Positions 8,640-20,186 of a stretch of DNA of 32,000 nt are shown here, piece by piece. This DNA comes from Halogeometricum borinquense DSM 11551 (GTDB lineage: Archaea; Halobacteriota; Halobacteria; Halobacteriales; Haloferacaceae): the NCBI RefSeq assembly GCF_000172995.2, contig NC_014729.1, positions 210,001 to 242,000 of the forward strand, given 5' to 3'. The notes beneath the pieces are model-generated. The model was not told the origin of the DNA. It did not search any database and worked only from the letters and a program-made list of their open reading frames with translations. Position 1 is the first letter of the stretch; each line of letters begins with the position of its first letter. A program made the position numbers and the translations under genes.

Positions 8640-9044
8640 ATGGAGTACGACCTCGACTCGGGAGCGCACTCGACGTATTCCCTGCACTACCACCTGATAC
8701 TCACCACGAAGTATCGGCGCGGAGTGCTAACCGAGGAGCGAACCCAATTCATTCACGAGGTCATCAGCGGGTTCACGGACAACTACGGTGTCGAACTGAC
8801 GAACTTCGACGGCGAGGACGACCACGTACACATCCTGTTCCGAGCGAAGCCAACCACAGACCTCGTGAAGTTCATCAACACGGCCAAGGGCGCGACCGCC
8901 CGCCGTATCCGCAACGAGTACGCGGACGAACTCAAGACCGAACTGTGGGGCGACTCGTTCTGGAACGACTCGTATTGCCTCATCTCGACGGGGCAGGTGT
9001 CGCTGGATGTGCTGAAACAGTACGTAGAGGACCAACGCGAGTAG
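8640..9044 (+). CDS. tnpA: IS200/IS605 family Y1 (HUH) transposase TnpA, 134 aa
   Basis: HYHLILTTKYRR, the HUH motif in DHVHILF, and a C-terminal helix with the catalytic-Tyr context LKQYVEDQ. Full length, no frameshift. Confidence 0.93.
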   Translation: MEYDLDSGAHSTYSLHYHLILTTKYRRGVLTEERTQFIHEVISGFTDNYGVELTNFDGEDDHVHILFRAKPTTDLVKFINTAKGATARRIRNEYADELKTELWGDSFWNDSYCLISTGQVSLDVLKQYVEDQRE

Positions 9045-9045
9045 A

Positions 9046-10287
9046 ATGTACTACGCCTACAAGTACCGCCTCAAGCCGTCCGACGCCAACCGTGAGGAGT
9101 TGGACCGCCACCGAGACATTTGTAGGCAACTTTACAACCACACGCTCTACCGTCTCAACGAGTACCAAGACGAACACAGAGAACTGCCGTCCATGACCTC
9201 CCTGCGGTCGGAACTCCCCGACCTCAAGGAGTGGTGGGACGACCTCTCAGACGTGTACTCGAAGGTTCTCCAAACCGTCGTAGAACGGCTGTTCGACAAC
9301 CTCAAAGGCCTCTCCAAGCTCAAGGAGAACGGCTACAGCGTCGGCCAACTCAAATGGAAGCCGCCACGAGAGTTCCGCAGTTTCACGTACAGCCAGTCTG
9401 GCTTCAAGCTCGACAAGAAGGGCGGTCAGACTGTGCTGTCACTCTCGAAACTCGCGGACATACCGATTCGGCTCCACCGCGCCATCCCCGACGACGCGAA
9501 GCTCAAACAGGTCACAGTCAAGAAGGAACAGACGGACGAGTGGTTCGCCACCTTCGGCGTCCAAATGGACCGTGAACCACCCGAACCGCCTGAGAACCCC
9601 GAGAAGTGCGTCGGTATCGACGTTGGGATTCTCAAGTACGCCCACGACACCGACGGCGCGGCGGTCGGGTCGCTCGACCTCTCAGACGAACGCGACCGCT
9701 TGGAGCGCGAGCAACGGAAGCTCTCGCGCAAACAGCACGGGTCGAACAACTACGAGAAGCAACGGCGTCGGGTCGCGGAGTGTCACGCCGACCTCCGACG
9801 GAAGCGCCGCGACTTTCTCCACAAGCTCTCGGCGTACTACGCTCGGGAATACGACCTCGTAGCGGTCGAAGACCTGAACGTGAAGGGGATGATGGAAAGT
9901 CCGTCGAACAGCCGCAACACTGCGTCTGCCGCGTGGCGAACGTTCCTCTCGTTGCTCGAATACAAGTGCGAGCGTGAAGGAACGCACTTCGTGGCGGTCA
10001 ACCCGAGAGGGACGACCAAAGAGTGCGCGTCGTGCGGCGTTTCGACCGACAAGCCGTTGTGGGTACGTGAACACTCCTGTCCCGCCTGCGGGTTTGAGGC
10101 GGACAGGGACGCGAACGCGGCATGGAACATCCTTTCTCGCGGTCTACAAGATGTAGGAGTGGGACACTCCGAATCAACGCCTGTGGAGACTGCGCTCCCT
10201 GTGGATACGCCTGTATCTGCAAAGCGCGTCGTGGAAGCAGGAAGCCCTACCCTCAAGGAGCGAACGGCGTCAGCCGTGAGCGAGTAG
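9046..10287 (+). CDS. tnpB: TnpB (IS605 OrfB/IS1341-type) RNA-guided RuvC endonuclease, 413 aa
   Basis: The N-terminus MYYAYKYRLKPSDANREELDRH is typical. The RuvC triad context is GIDVGILKYA (D), VAVEDLNVKGM (E) and ADRDANAAWNI (D). The zinc finger is CASCG...CPACG. The ORF is uninterrupted. Confidence 0.95.
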   Translation: MYYAYKYRLKPSDANREELDRHRDICRQLYNHTLYRLNEYQDEHRELPSMTSLRSELPDLKEWWDDLSDVYSKVLQTVVERLFDNLKGLSKLKENGYSVGQLKWKPPREFRSFTYSQSGFKLDKKGGQTVLSLSKLADIPIRLHRAIPDDAKLKQVTVKKEQTDEWFATFGVQMDREPPEPPENPEKCVGIDVGILKYAHDTDGAAVGSLDLSDERDRLEREQRKLSRKQHGSNNYEKQRRRVAECHADLRRKRRDFLHKLSAYYAREYDLVAVEDLNVKGMMESPSNSRNTASAAWRTFLSLLEYKCEREGTHFVAVNPRGTTKECASCGVSTDKPLWVREHSCPACGFEADRDANAAWNILSRGLQDVGVGHSESTPVETALPVDTPVSAKRVVEAGSPTLKERTASAVSE

Positions 10288-10331
10288 GGTAGGGTAGTTC
10301 ACTACGAGCATCGGTACACAGAGACATTTGG
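10150..10331 (+). ncRNA. predicted TnpB omega-RNA (reRNA): scaffold from the tnpB 3' end and RE, plus a guide from flanking DNA. Extent is a guess.
   Basis: By analogy with characterised TnpB systems, the guide RNA scaffold overlaps the 3' end of tnpB and the RE, and ends in a ~16-nt guide derived from the flank. The only direct support in the sequence is the strong RE secondary structure. Confidence 0.3.
10245..10294 (+). repeat. right-end subterminal imperfect palindrome spanning the tnpB stop codon
   Basis: CCCTACCCT (10245-10253) / AGGGTAGGG (10286-10294) is a perfect 9-bp stem. It closes a 32-nt loop that contains an inner ACGGC (10264-10268) / GCCGT (10273-10277) hairpin. The architecture and loop length match the left-end structure. 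Confidence 0.65.
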
Positions 10332-10406
10332 TAGTTCGACCAGTCCCAATCTCAAGCTTGATTTTTGCACCAAACACTTTATCCCGAAACCTGACTACCC
10401 TCGCCC

Positions 10407-11504
10407 ATGGCCGCCATCGAACTCGACAGGGTGACAAAACGGTTCGAGGAGGGGGGGAGAGTATCACACCTTCTCGACTCCATTCGGGGTGCAGACGGTT
10501 CCAAGGGTGTTACCGCAGTCAGGGACCTCTCGCTGACGGTTGAGGAAGGCGAAGTGTTCGGTTTCCTCGGTCCGAACGGAGCGGGGAAATCGACGACGAT
10601 CAACATGCTCCTCGACTTCGTTCGACCGACAGAAGGAACGATCAGCGTCCTCGGCTTTGACGCTAACGACCAGAGCGTCGATGTCCGTGCTCGAACCGGT
10701 GTGCTTCCTGAAGGATTCGACGTGTACGAGCGACTCACCGGACGAGAACACGTCGAATTCGCCGCCTCATCGAAGGGTGTGGAGATGGCAGCTGCGGCGA
10801 CGACGGAATCGGAGGGGGAAACAATGGAATCCGAGGAATCAGTGGGCGAAGAGAAGGTAGATGCCGTCCTCGACCGCGTCGGCTTGGCCGCCGCCGCAGA
10901 CCGGAAGGCAGGAGGGTACTCGAAGGGGATGCGCCAGCGTCTTGCGCTAGCGATGGCTCTCATCGGTGATCCTGATCTGCTCATCCTCGATGAACCCTCC
11001 AGCGGACTCGATCCTGCGGGTGCAAAAGAGATGCGCGACATCGTCGTCGAAGAGGCCGAACGCGGCACGACGGTGTTCTTCTCCAGTCATATCTTAGAAC
11101 AGGTCGAAGCCGTCTGTGACCGCGTCGGCATTCTGCGCGACGGCGAACTCGTCGCCGTCGATACCATCGACAGTCTGCGCGAGAAGTCCAACGCCGACTC
11201 GACGCTCAACGTCCGTGTTGCCGGCGACGTGACGACAGTAGACACCGATGCCGTCACCGCACTCGACGGCGTTCACTCCGTCACTGTCGAGGACGGGGAC
11301 GACAAACTCATCGTTTCCTGTGCGGGCGATGCCAAGACGGCCGTCATCGCTGAACTGGAGTCGCAAGGTCTCGGTGTGGCCGACTTCGAGACGCGCGAAG
11401 CGTCGCTCGAAGACCTGTTCCTCTCGTATACCGGACACGAAACTGGCGGAGACGAGGATAGCACAGTCGATGAAACGAACACCGAGCAGGAGGTGAGCGC
11501 ATGA
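10407..11504 (+). CDS. ABC transporter ATP-binding protein (ABC-2 / exporter-type)
   Basis: Walker A GPNGAGKSTT, signature-like YSKGMRQRL, Walker B LLILDEPSSGLD and an H-loop SSHIL. CTTTAT at 10377-10382 lies ~28 nt upstream of the ATG. The stop overlaps the permease start (ATGA). Confidence 0.93.
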   Translation: MAAIELDRVTKRFEEGGRVSHLLDSIRGADGSKGVTAVRDLSLTVEEGEVFGFLGPNGAGKSTTINMLLDFVRPTEGTISVLGFDANDQSVDVRARTGVLPEGFDVYERLTGREHVEFAASSKGVEMAAAATTESEGETMESEESVGEEKVDAVLDRVGLAAAADRKAGGYSKGMRQRLALAMALIGDPDLLILDEPSSGLDPAGAKEMRDIVVEEAERGTTVFFSSHILEQVEAVCDRVGILRDGELVAVDTIDSLREKSNADSTLNVRVAGDVTTVDTDAVTALDGVHSVTVEDGDDKLIVSCAGDAKTAVIAELESQGLGVADFETREASLEDLFLSYTGHETGGDEDSTVDETNTEQEVSA

Positions 11505-12421
11505 CGTGGCAAGCGGTCGCCCGTAAGGAGTTCGACGACTCGATTCGCTCGCGGTGGCTCCACGGTGCAACGGTCTTCTTTGTCCTGTTCGTCGGCGGTG
11601 CAGCACTGCTGGCGTTCGGACTTATCTATCCTGACAGATTCAAAGATGCCTCGAACTTGTTCGGGTTCTTCCTCGACCTCGGCATCTTCAGTCTCTCGTT
11701 CCCAGGTCTGCTTGCGCTCATCCTCGGCTTTATCGCCCTCTCTACGTCCTACGGGTCGATAACTGAGGAACGTGAGACGGGAACGATGAAACTCTCCCTG
11801 TCGCTTCCGAACTCGCGTCGGGACCTGATCGTCGGAAAGCTCCTCGGCCGCGGTGCCGTCGTGATCGTTGCCCTCTTGGCGGGCTTCCTCGCGGCGTTCG
11901 TCGCGATGGTCGCCACGGGAACGGGCATCAGCTACGGGTCGTTCGTGCCGATGATCGCGCTAACGGTGCTTCTCGCCTTCGCGTTCGTCTCTATCGGCCT
12001 CGGCATCTCCGCCGTTGCCGACACGAACCGCGAGGCGACGTTGGCGACGTTGGGGCTGTACCTCATCTTCGGCATCCTTTGGAAGCCGATTGCCGAGGGC
12101 ATCCCGAAACTGCTCAACTACGTGGCCGAACAGGCCGGGATGGGTGCGCTCGAAAACGTCACCCGGGTAAAAATCGGGCTGTTCCTGAAGTACCTGAACC
12201 CGCTTCGGACGTACGAGACGCTGTCGGCGCAGGTGTACTACGGTGCGGCCCGTGGCCGCTTGCTCGGCGCAACGACGGGTGAGACGTTGGTTATCGAACC
12301 CGTCCTCAAACAGGGTATCCCACCGTATCTCTCGGGCGCAGCCATGATGGCAATCCTCCTCGCGTGGATTGTCGTGCCCGTCGTCGTCGGCTACTACGTC
12401 TTCCAGAAGCAGGACCTCTGA
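11501..12421 (+). CDS. ABC-2 type transporter permease
   Basis: 306-aa polytopic membrane ORF, translationally coupled (4-nt overlap) to the ATPase gene, with the typical ABC-2/NosY-like topology. Confidence 0.85.
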   Translation: MTWQAVARKEFDDSIRSRWLHGATVFFVLFVGGAALLAFGLIYPDRFKDASNLFGFFLDLGIFSLSFPGLLALILGFIALSTSYGSITEERETGTMKLSLSLPNSRRDLIVGKLLGRGAVVIVALLAGFLAAFVAMVATGTGISYGSFVPMIALTVLLAFAFVSIGLGISAVADTNREATLATLGLYLIFGILWKPIAEGIPKLLNYVAEQAGMGALENVTRVKIGLFLKYLNPLRTYETLSAQVYYGAARGRLLGATTGETLVIEPVLKQGIPPYLSGAAMMAILLAWIVVPVVVGYYVFQKQDL

Positions 12422-12430
12422 ACGGCTCCC

Positions 12431-12447
12431 GACGGCCGTGTGCCGTC
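12431..12447. terminator. short hairpin between convergent genes (permease / ligase)
   Basis: GACGG-CCGTGTG-CCGTC sits in the 29-nt gap between the two stop codons. Weak evidence. Confidence 0.25.
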
Positions 12448-12450
12448 AAC

Positions 12451-14739
<2,289 letters not shown>

Positions 14740-14760
<21 letters not shown>

Positions 14761-17043
14761 CCGGTCTCGTACCGATTCGTCCGGGTCGTCCTCGGCCGCC
14801 CGCCGGAGGAGAAATCTCGCGCGCGGGTGGTCAAGTCGTCCGAGCGCCGTCACCGCCTCCCAGCGAAGGTCGGCGTCGTCGGCATCGAGGGCCGTTTCGA
14901 GCGTGTCGAACACGGTTTCTCTGCCGTCACCGACGTGTCCGAGGGCATCGACGGCTTCCACGCGGACGGCCAGTTGGGGGTCGTTCTCGGCGAGATGACA
15001 GAGACGACGGACGCCCGCACTCGTCCCGAGACGGGCGCAGGCGCGGCACGCACGCCGTCGGACACTCGCTTCGGTATCGTCCAGTGCGGCGACAACGGTG
15101 GGAATTGCACGCGGGTCATCGATGCGTCCGAGCGCGTCGATTGCGCTTGACCGACACGCCTCGTCCTCGTCGTAGGCCGCACAGAGCGGCATCACCGATT
15201 CTGGGTGGGCTTGCGACCCGAGCGCTTCCATCGCCGTTTCACGGACGGGGACGTTTTCGTCGTCCAGACGGTCGAGAAGCGCGCGAACCACACGCGTTCT
15301 GGTTTCAGCACTCAGTTCGTCGCCGTCGTGGTAGTGGGCGGCCCGTGCGCCGAGTTCGATGAACGCGTCCGCAGCGGCGACTCGAACCCCCGGGTCGTCG
15401 TCCGTGAGACGGCGGAGGAGGCCACCGACGGGCCGTTCGTCGGTGAACCACCGGACCGCCGAAATCGCCTCACAGGCGACATCTGGGTTCGGATCATCTA
15501 CGGCTTCGACGACGAGGCCCTCAGCGTGGACGCCGCCGGTACCGCTGAGAACGCGAACGACGCTTTCGCGTACTTCTGGCTCGGTGTCGGTGCGAACGAG
15601 ACTGGCGAAGTGATCAAGCGCGCTCGTCGGGTCAATGTCGCGGGCCGCCCGCGCGATAGCACGACGTGTCGCGGCGTCCGGTTCAGTGCGCACGGCGGAG
15701 AGAAGCGGGTCCAACGAGTCGGGGTCACCGACGGTTGCGAGAGCGACGGCGGCGGCACGGCGAACGTCCGGGTTGGTGTCATCCAGTCGTTCGACGAGTG
15801 CCGGGACAGCCACGTCGTCTGCGAGTACGTCCAGTGCGTGGACGAGTGCGCGGCGGTCCGAAACCGGCGGATCCGTTCGCAGGCAGTCGGTGATCGTTTC
15901 GGTGGCTCCGTCCGCATCGCGCCGGGCGAGTTCGGTCGCGGCCGCGGCGCGGAGTGAAGGGTCCGACAGCGCGTCTTTGAGGTGGCTTTCGGAGCGGTCG
16001 GCCATCGACGGCGCGTCGGTGACGACAACGTCGCTCAGGTGGACGCGCGTCGCTCGGAGGCGCAGTTTGTCACCGACGGCGACGCCACTTTCGTTGCTCC
16101 CTTCTCTGGAGTCGCTGTCGGTGTCGTTTTCGACATCACCGCCGTTGTCGTCCCTTTCGACAACGTCACCCACCTCAGCGGGGTCGAACGCAACGGTTCC
16201 CACTCCGAGGTGCAAGAGAGCGTACTGGTCGGGGTTGCAGTCCGACGGTGTCCGGACCGAGGACGGAAGGTCAACGATATCTATGACTTCGCCCGAGAAC
16301 GTGTGGTCGTACCAGACGAGCGCGTCGGGGTTCGGATCTACGTGGAAGCCGACGCTCTCACCACGAGCGACAACTTCGGGCCCGGAGAGCCACACGCGAG
16401 CGGCGGCGAGCGCGTCGCGCGATCCATCTTCGGTGAGCGTGTCGCCGTCGAACGCGCCGAACCGGGCGTTTCCGGTGGCGAGAACGACCGTCTGGGTGTA
16501 CACCGTTCCGTCGTGTGCCGTCTCGGGGACGGTGTCGAGGAGTCGAACCGGAAGGCCCCACTCGTCGAATCCGGCGGCGACGACGCGGGCGTTTCCGGCC
16601 TGCTCGCGTATTTCGGCCACTTCGTCGGCCAGTTCGGGGTTCGCACCGACGACCACGTCGCAGAACGTTTCGACGGTGCGGAGCAGTTCCGTCACGAACG
16701 TCGTTCGGTCGATGGCGATATCCACGGCGAACTCGTCGTCCGATCCGTCTTTCTGTCCGTATCGAAACCGAACCGCGTCCCCGTCGGGGAGGAGGTGGTA
16801 TCGTTTGTCGTCCTCGTAGAACTCGACGGTGGCGGGTTCGCCTTCGAGGAGCGGTTCCAACGCACGGACCAACTGCGTACAGTGCCAGTGGAGGCCGTCG
16901 CGTCCGCAGGCGACCTCTCGGCCGCCACAGACGACGCGAAGGACGGCGTCGGGGTTCGCGTCTCCCTCCCGAAGACGCTCGTACACCGCGGCGTCGTATC
17001 CGACCTCGATTCGGGCGTCCGCTGCGCCCGCCTGACTCGACAT
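14740..17043 (-). CDS. HEAT/PBS-lyase repeat protein with a large uncharacterised N-terminal region (~767 aa)
   Basis: The C-terminal ~330 aa hold many repeats of the type 'LxxxLxDxdpxVRxxAaxALgxig' (e.g. LVERLDDTNPDVRRAAAVALATVGDP, LLRRLTDDDPGVRVAAADAF, VVAALDDTEASVRRRACRACARLG). Start was trimmed to ATG 17043 (MSSQAGAADARIEVGYD...). The 67 upstream codons are Arg/Gly/Ser-rich and would run across the divergent metY promoter and into the metY coding region. Confidence 0.85.
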
Positions 17044-17066
17044 GAGTCGCACACGTCTTGCGGAGC

Positions 17067-17074
17067 GAAAAAAC
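17067..17074 (-). promoter_or_regulatory. TATA-like box (GTTTTTTC on the minus strand) for the HEAT-repeat gene
   Basis: Centred ~27 nt upstream of ATG 17043 on the minus strand. Confidence 0.3.
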
Positions 17075-17117
17075 ACTTCGGTGCTGGCGTCGCCCCAGCG
17101 ACTACCGTAACCGTAGG

Positions 17118-17123
17118 TTATAT
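17118..17123 (+). promoter_or_regulatory. TATA-like box (TTATAT) for metY
   Basis: Centred ~30 nt upstream of ATG 17151. Confidence 0.35.
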
Positions 17124-17150
17124 CTCCATCGAAGAATATGCGTGTAGTAC

Positions 17151-18473
17151 ATGAACCACGGGTTCCACACCCGGAGCCTCCACGCCGGGCAGGAGCCGGA
17201 CGCCGCGACCGGGTCGCGTGCGCCGCCCCTCTATCAGACGACATCGTACGTGTTCGAGGACGCCGACTACGCCGCCGATCTGTACGCGCTCGACGCCGAA
17301 GGCGACGTGTACTCGCGTATCTCGAATCCCACGACTCGCGTGCTCGAAGACCGACTCGCCGCTCTCGAAGCAGGCGTCGGAGCCGTCGCCACCGCCTCAG
17401 GGATGGCCGCCCTCGACGCCGCGACGAGTCTCCTCGCCTCTGCGGGCGACAACGTCGTCGCCTCTGCGGATATGTACGGTGGCACTTCGACGTATCTCAC
17501 GAAGATGGCGACGCGCCGCGGCGTCGATATCCGCGTGGTGGAGACGCTGGATTACGACGCCTACGCCGATGCTATCGACGCGGACACGGCGTTTGTCCAC
17601 GTCGAGACCATCGCCAACCCCTCGCTGAAGACGCCGGATTTCGAGCGTCTGGCCCACGTGGCCCACGAGGGCGGTGCGCCTCTCGTCGTGGACAACACGT
17701 TCGCCACTCCCTATCTCTGCCGTCCCATCGAACACGGCGCGGACATCGTCTGGGAGTCTACGACCAAGTGGCTCCACGGGTCGGGAACCACTGTCGGCGG
17801 CGTCCTTATCGACGGCGGGACGTTCCCGTGGGAACACGCCGATTACGACGAACTCTCCGGTGAAAACCCGGCGTTCGGCGTCGATTTCGTGGAGCGATTC
17901 GGTGAGCGAGCGTTCGCCATGGCCGCCCGTCAGCGGTCGCTTCGCACGCTCGGGAATCAGCAGTCGCCGTTCGACGCGTGGCAGACGCTGCAAGGGATCG
18001 AAACGCTCCCGCTCCGAATGGAGCAACACTGCGAGAACGCCCACGAAGTGGCGACGTTCCTCCGCGACCACGACGATGTAGCGTGGGTGTCGTACCCCGG
18101 ATTCGAGGATCACGAGTCTCACGACAACGCGACGGAGTACTTGGACGGTGGGTTCGGCGGCATGGTCACGTTCGGTCTCGCGGACGGCTACGCGGCAGCC
18201 AAGCGGACCTGTGAGAACACCGCACTCGCCTCGTTCTTGGCGAACGTGGGCGACGCAAAGACGTTGATTATCCACCCTGCCTCGACCACGCACGCACAGT
18301 TGAGCGCCGACGAGCAACGCGCCGCGGGCGTCGGTCCCGACATGCTCCGTCTCTCTGTCGGTATCGAAGACGCGGCCGACATCGTCGCCGACTTGGATGA
18401 GTCGATTCGCAGTGCCGCGGCCGAGGCATCCGGAGCGGGCGCGACCGAGACGACACGGACGGAGGAGCGATGA
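17151..18473 (+). CDS. metY: O-acetylhomoserine sulfhydrylase / aminocarboxypropyltransferase (PLP-dependent Cys/Met metabolism family)
   Basis: The N-terminus is [30 protein letters not shown]. The PLP-lysine context is [11 protein letters not shown], and the C-terminus has [18 protein letters not shown]...RLSVGIED. Confidence 0.93.
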   Translation: MNHGFHTRSLHAGQEPDAATGSRAPPLYQTTSYVFEDADYAADLYALDAEGDVYSRISNPTTRVLEDRLAALEAGVGAVATASGMAALDAATSLLASAGDNVVASADMYGGTSTYLTKMATRRGVDIRVVETLDYDAYADAIDADTAFVHVETIANPSLKTPDFERLAHVAHEGGAPLVVDNTFATPYLCRPIEHGADIVWESTTKWLHGSGTTVGGVLIDGGTFPWEHADYDELSGENPAFGVDFVERFGERAFAMAARQRSLRTLGNQQSPFDAWQTLQGIETLPLRMEQHCENAHEVATFLRDHDDVAWVSYPGFEDHESHDNATEYLDGGFGGMVTFGLADGYAAAKRTCENTALASFLANVGDAKTLIIHPASTTHAQLSADEQRAAGVGPDMLRLSVGIEDAADIVADLDESIRSAAAEASGAGATETTRTEER

Positions 18474-19678
18474 AAACTGAAAGCGACACCGTCGAACTCG
18501 GCGCGTTCGATTTCGAGTGCGGCGCTGAAATTCCGTCACTCGAAGTCGCCTACGAGGCCTACGGTGAGTTCGACGGCGACAACGCCGTTCTCGTCTGCCA
18601 TGCACTCACCGGCAGTCAGAACGTCGCGGGCTACGGCACCGAAACGGCCGGGCAGGCCCGCGCGTGGTGGAACGATATCGTCGGCCCCGGCAAGGCAATC
18701 GATACGAACGAGTACTACGTCGTCTGCGCGAACGTCCCCGGGTCGTGTTACGGAACCACCGGCCCTGCCTCGGAGAGTCCCGACGGAGAACCCTACGGCA
18801 CTGACTTCCCGCCGGTCACAATCGGTGACTGGACGCGCGCCCAGCGACGCCTGCTGGACGAACTCGGCGTCGGTCGCTTGCACGCCGTTGTCGGCGGCAG
18901 CGTCGGCGGTATGAACGCCCTCGACTGGGTTCGGCGCTACCCTGATGACGTGCGTTACCTTCTCGCCGTCGCCACCGCCGGGCGTCTGGATCCGCAGTGT
19001 CTCGCACTCGACGCCATCGCCCGCCGTTCGATTACGACCGACCCGAACTGGAACGGCGGCGACTACTACGACAGCGAGCCACCGGACGACGGCCTCGCGC
19101 TCGCGCGCCAACTCGGGCACGTGATGTACCTCTCGAAGTCGTCGATGGAGCGGAAGTTTGGCCGTCGCGCCGCCGGACGCGACGCCCGTCGCGACTCGTT
19201 CCCCGCCGACCCGGCGGCGTCGTTCTTCGCCTACCGCGACGTGGAGTCGTATCTCGACTATCAGGCCGAGAAGTTCGTCGATCGCTTCGACGCCAACTCC
19301 TATCTGTATCTCACCCGCGCGATGGACGACTACGATCTCGCGGAGGGCTATGAGGACGACGCGGATGCGGTTGCCGCGTTCGAGGGCGAGGCGCTCTTGC
19401 TCTCCTTTACCGGCGACTGGCATTTCACGACAGAACAGGCCGAATCCCTCGCGGAGTCGTTCCGCGACACTTCGGTCCCCGTCGCACACCACGTCATCGA
19501 ATCCGACCACGGTCACGACGCCTTTCTCGTCGAACCCGAAAAGGTCGGCCCACCCGTCCGAGACTTCCTCGACGCCGGCGTCGCGGGCCGGTCCGTCCAC
19601 GATACCGTCGAGGAAGTCGAGGAACCGTCCGTCGAACGCGACTTCGCGCCGGTCCACACCTCGCTTTTCAGTCGGTGA
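18470..19678 (+). CDS. metX: homoserine O-acetyltransferase (alpha/beta hydrolase)
   Basis: LVCHALTGS, the nucleophile elbow [12 protein letters not shown], and the C-terminal S-D-H-type region [11 protein letters not shown]. There is a 4-nt overlap (ATGA) with the metY stop. Confidence 0.93.
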   Translation: MKTESDTVELGAFDFECGAEIPSLEVAYEAYGEFDGDNAVLVCHALTGSQNVAGYGTETAGQARAWWNDIVGPGKAIDTNEYYVVCANVPGSCYGTTGPASESPDGEPYGTDFPPVTIGDWTRAQRRLLDELGVGRLHAVVGGSVGGMNALDWVRRYPDDVRYLLAVATAGRLDPQCLALDAIARRSITTDPNWNGGDYYDSEPPDDGLALARQLGHVMYLSKSSMERKFGRRAAGRDARRDSFPADPAASFFAYRDVESYLDYQAEKFVDRFDANSYLYLTRAMDDYDLAEGYEDDADAVAAFEGEALLLSFTGDWHFTTEQAESLAESFRDTSVPVAHHVIESDHGHDAFLVEPEKVGPPVRDFLDAGVAGRSVHDTVEEVEEPSVERDFAPVHTSLFSR

Positions 19679-19726
19679 GTGACGGGACCCGAAGCGATTT
19701 TCCCACCGCCGGACGACCGTCTCGGT

Positions 19727-20113
19727 ATGTCTCTCGCTCGTGCGTTCGGGCGTGTCGGCGCTCTCGCCGTCGCGCTTTCGGGTCTCGCCGTCACGTATTA
19801 CGGGTTGTACGTTGTTGGACCCGGACTCGGATCTGAGACTGCAATCAGGACACTCTTTACGCCATCACCGACCAATACCAGTCTCGCCATCGGCAGTATC
19901 GGCCTTGTCGCCGCTCTCGCTGCCCTTCCAGTTCTTGTCGGCCGTGGTCGGTGGGCAGCCATCTCCGTCGGCACGTTTCTCGTCGTCCTCTCGACGCTCG
20001 CCATCGTGTCCGGAGTTATCACGGTCACTGCTTGGCTGTCAGGCGGACTCATAGGCCTACTTCTCTTCTTCGCGGGTGCGTCGCTGAACGGTCACCACGG
20101 CGACCCCGCCTGA
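19727..20113 (+). CDS. hypothetical small membrane protein (~4 TM, 128 aa)
   Basis: Hydrophobic ORF. Start was trimmed to ATG 19727 (MSLARAFGRVGALAVAL...), with GATTTTC ~28 nt upstream. Confidence 0.55.
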   Translation: MSLARAFGRVGALAVALSGLAVTYYGLYVVGPGLGSETAIRTLFTPSPTNTSLAIGSIGLVAALAALPVLVGRGRWAAISVGTFLVVLSTLAIVSGVITVTAWLSGGLIGLLLFFAGASLNGHHGDPA

Positions 20114-20186
20114 CCCACGTCACGAAGTCCGGCGGGTCTTGCACCCGTCGGTCTGTTTTAACACCACTTCCTACGTCGTGACAAAC

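Larger units (their letters stand above)
8445..10315 (+). mobile_element. IS200/IS605-family insertion sequence (tnpA + tnpB); ends approximate
   Basis: It contains a Y1 transposase gene and a TnpB gene 1 nt apart. These are bracketed by structurally matching subterminal hairpins, LE at 8477-8546 and RE at 10245-10294. The proposed ends follow a 7-mer CATCGGT present both at 8438-8444 and at 10309-10315. The exact boundaries are inferred, not proven. Confidence 0.8.

Noticed and set aside
9231-10256. Multiple 60-140-aa ORFs on both strands inside tnpB
   Set aside because: All are nested in the intact tnpB frame and have Arg/Pro/Ser-rich composition, so they are artefacts.
10451-10457. G7 homopolymer near the 5' end of the ABC ATPase gene, as a possible frameshift or phase-variation site
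   Set aside because: The reading frame is continuous through it (RFEEGGRVS) and the downstream motifs are in frame. There is no evidence of slippage in this sequence.
10379-11068. 229-aa minus-strand ORF antisense to the ABC ATPase
   Set aside because: Ser/Pro/Arg/Thr-rich with no motifs. It overlaps a gene with complete Walker A/B and signature motifs.
15635-17154. Two ~390-aa plus-strand ORFs (15635..16819 and 15982..17154) antisense to the HEAT-repeat gene
   Set aside because: Their Ser/Arg/Thr/Val-rich low-complexity translations mirror the Asp/Ala/Arg-rich repeat gene on the other strand. They have no independent promoter spacing or motifs.
17397-19657. 402-aa and 373-aa minus-strand ORFs antisense to metY and metX (and 20049..20948 antisense to metY2)
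   Set aside because: Arg/Val/Gly-rich artefacts opposite confidently assigned enzymes.
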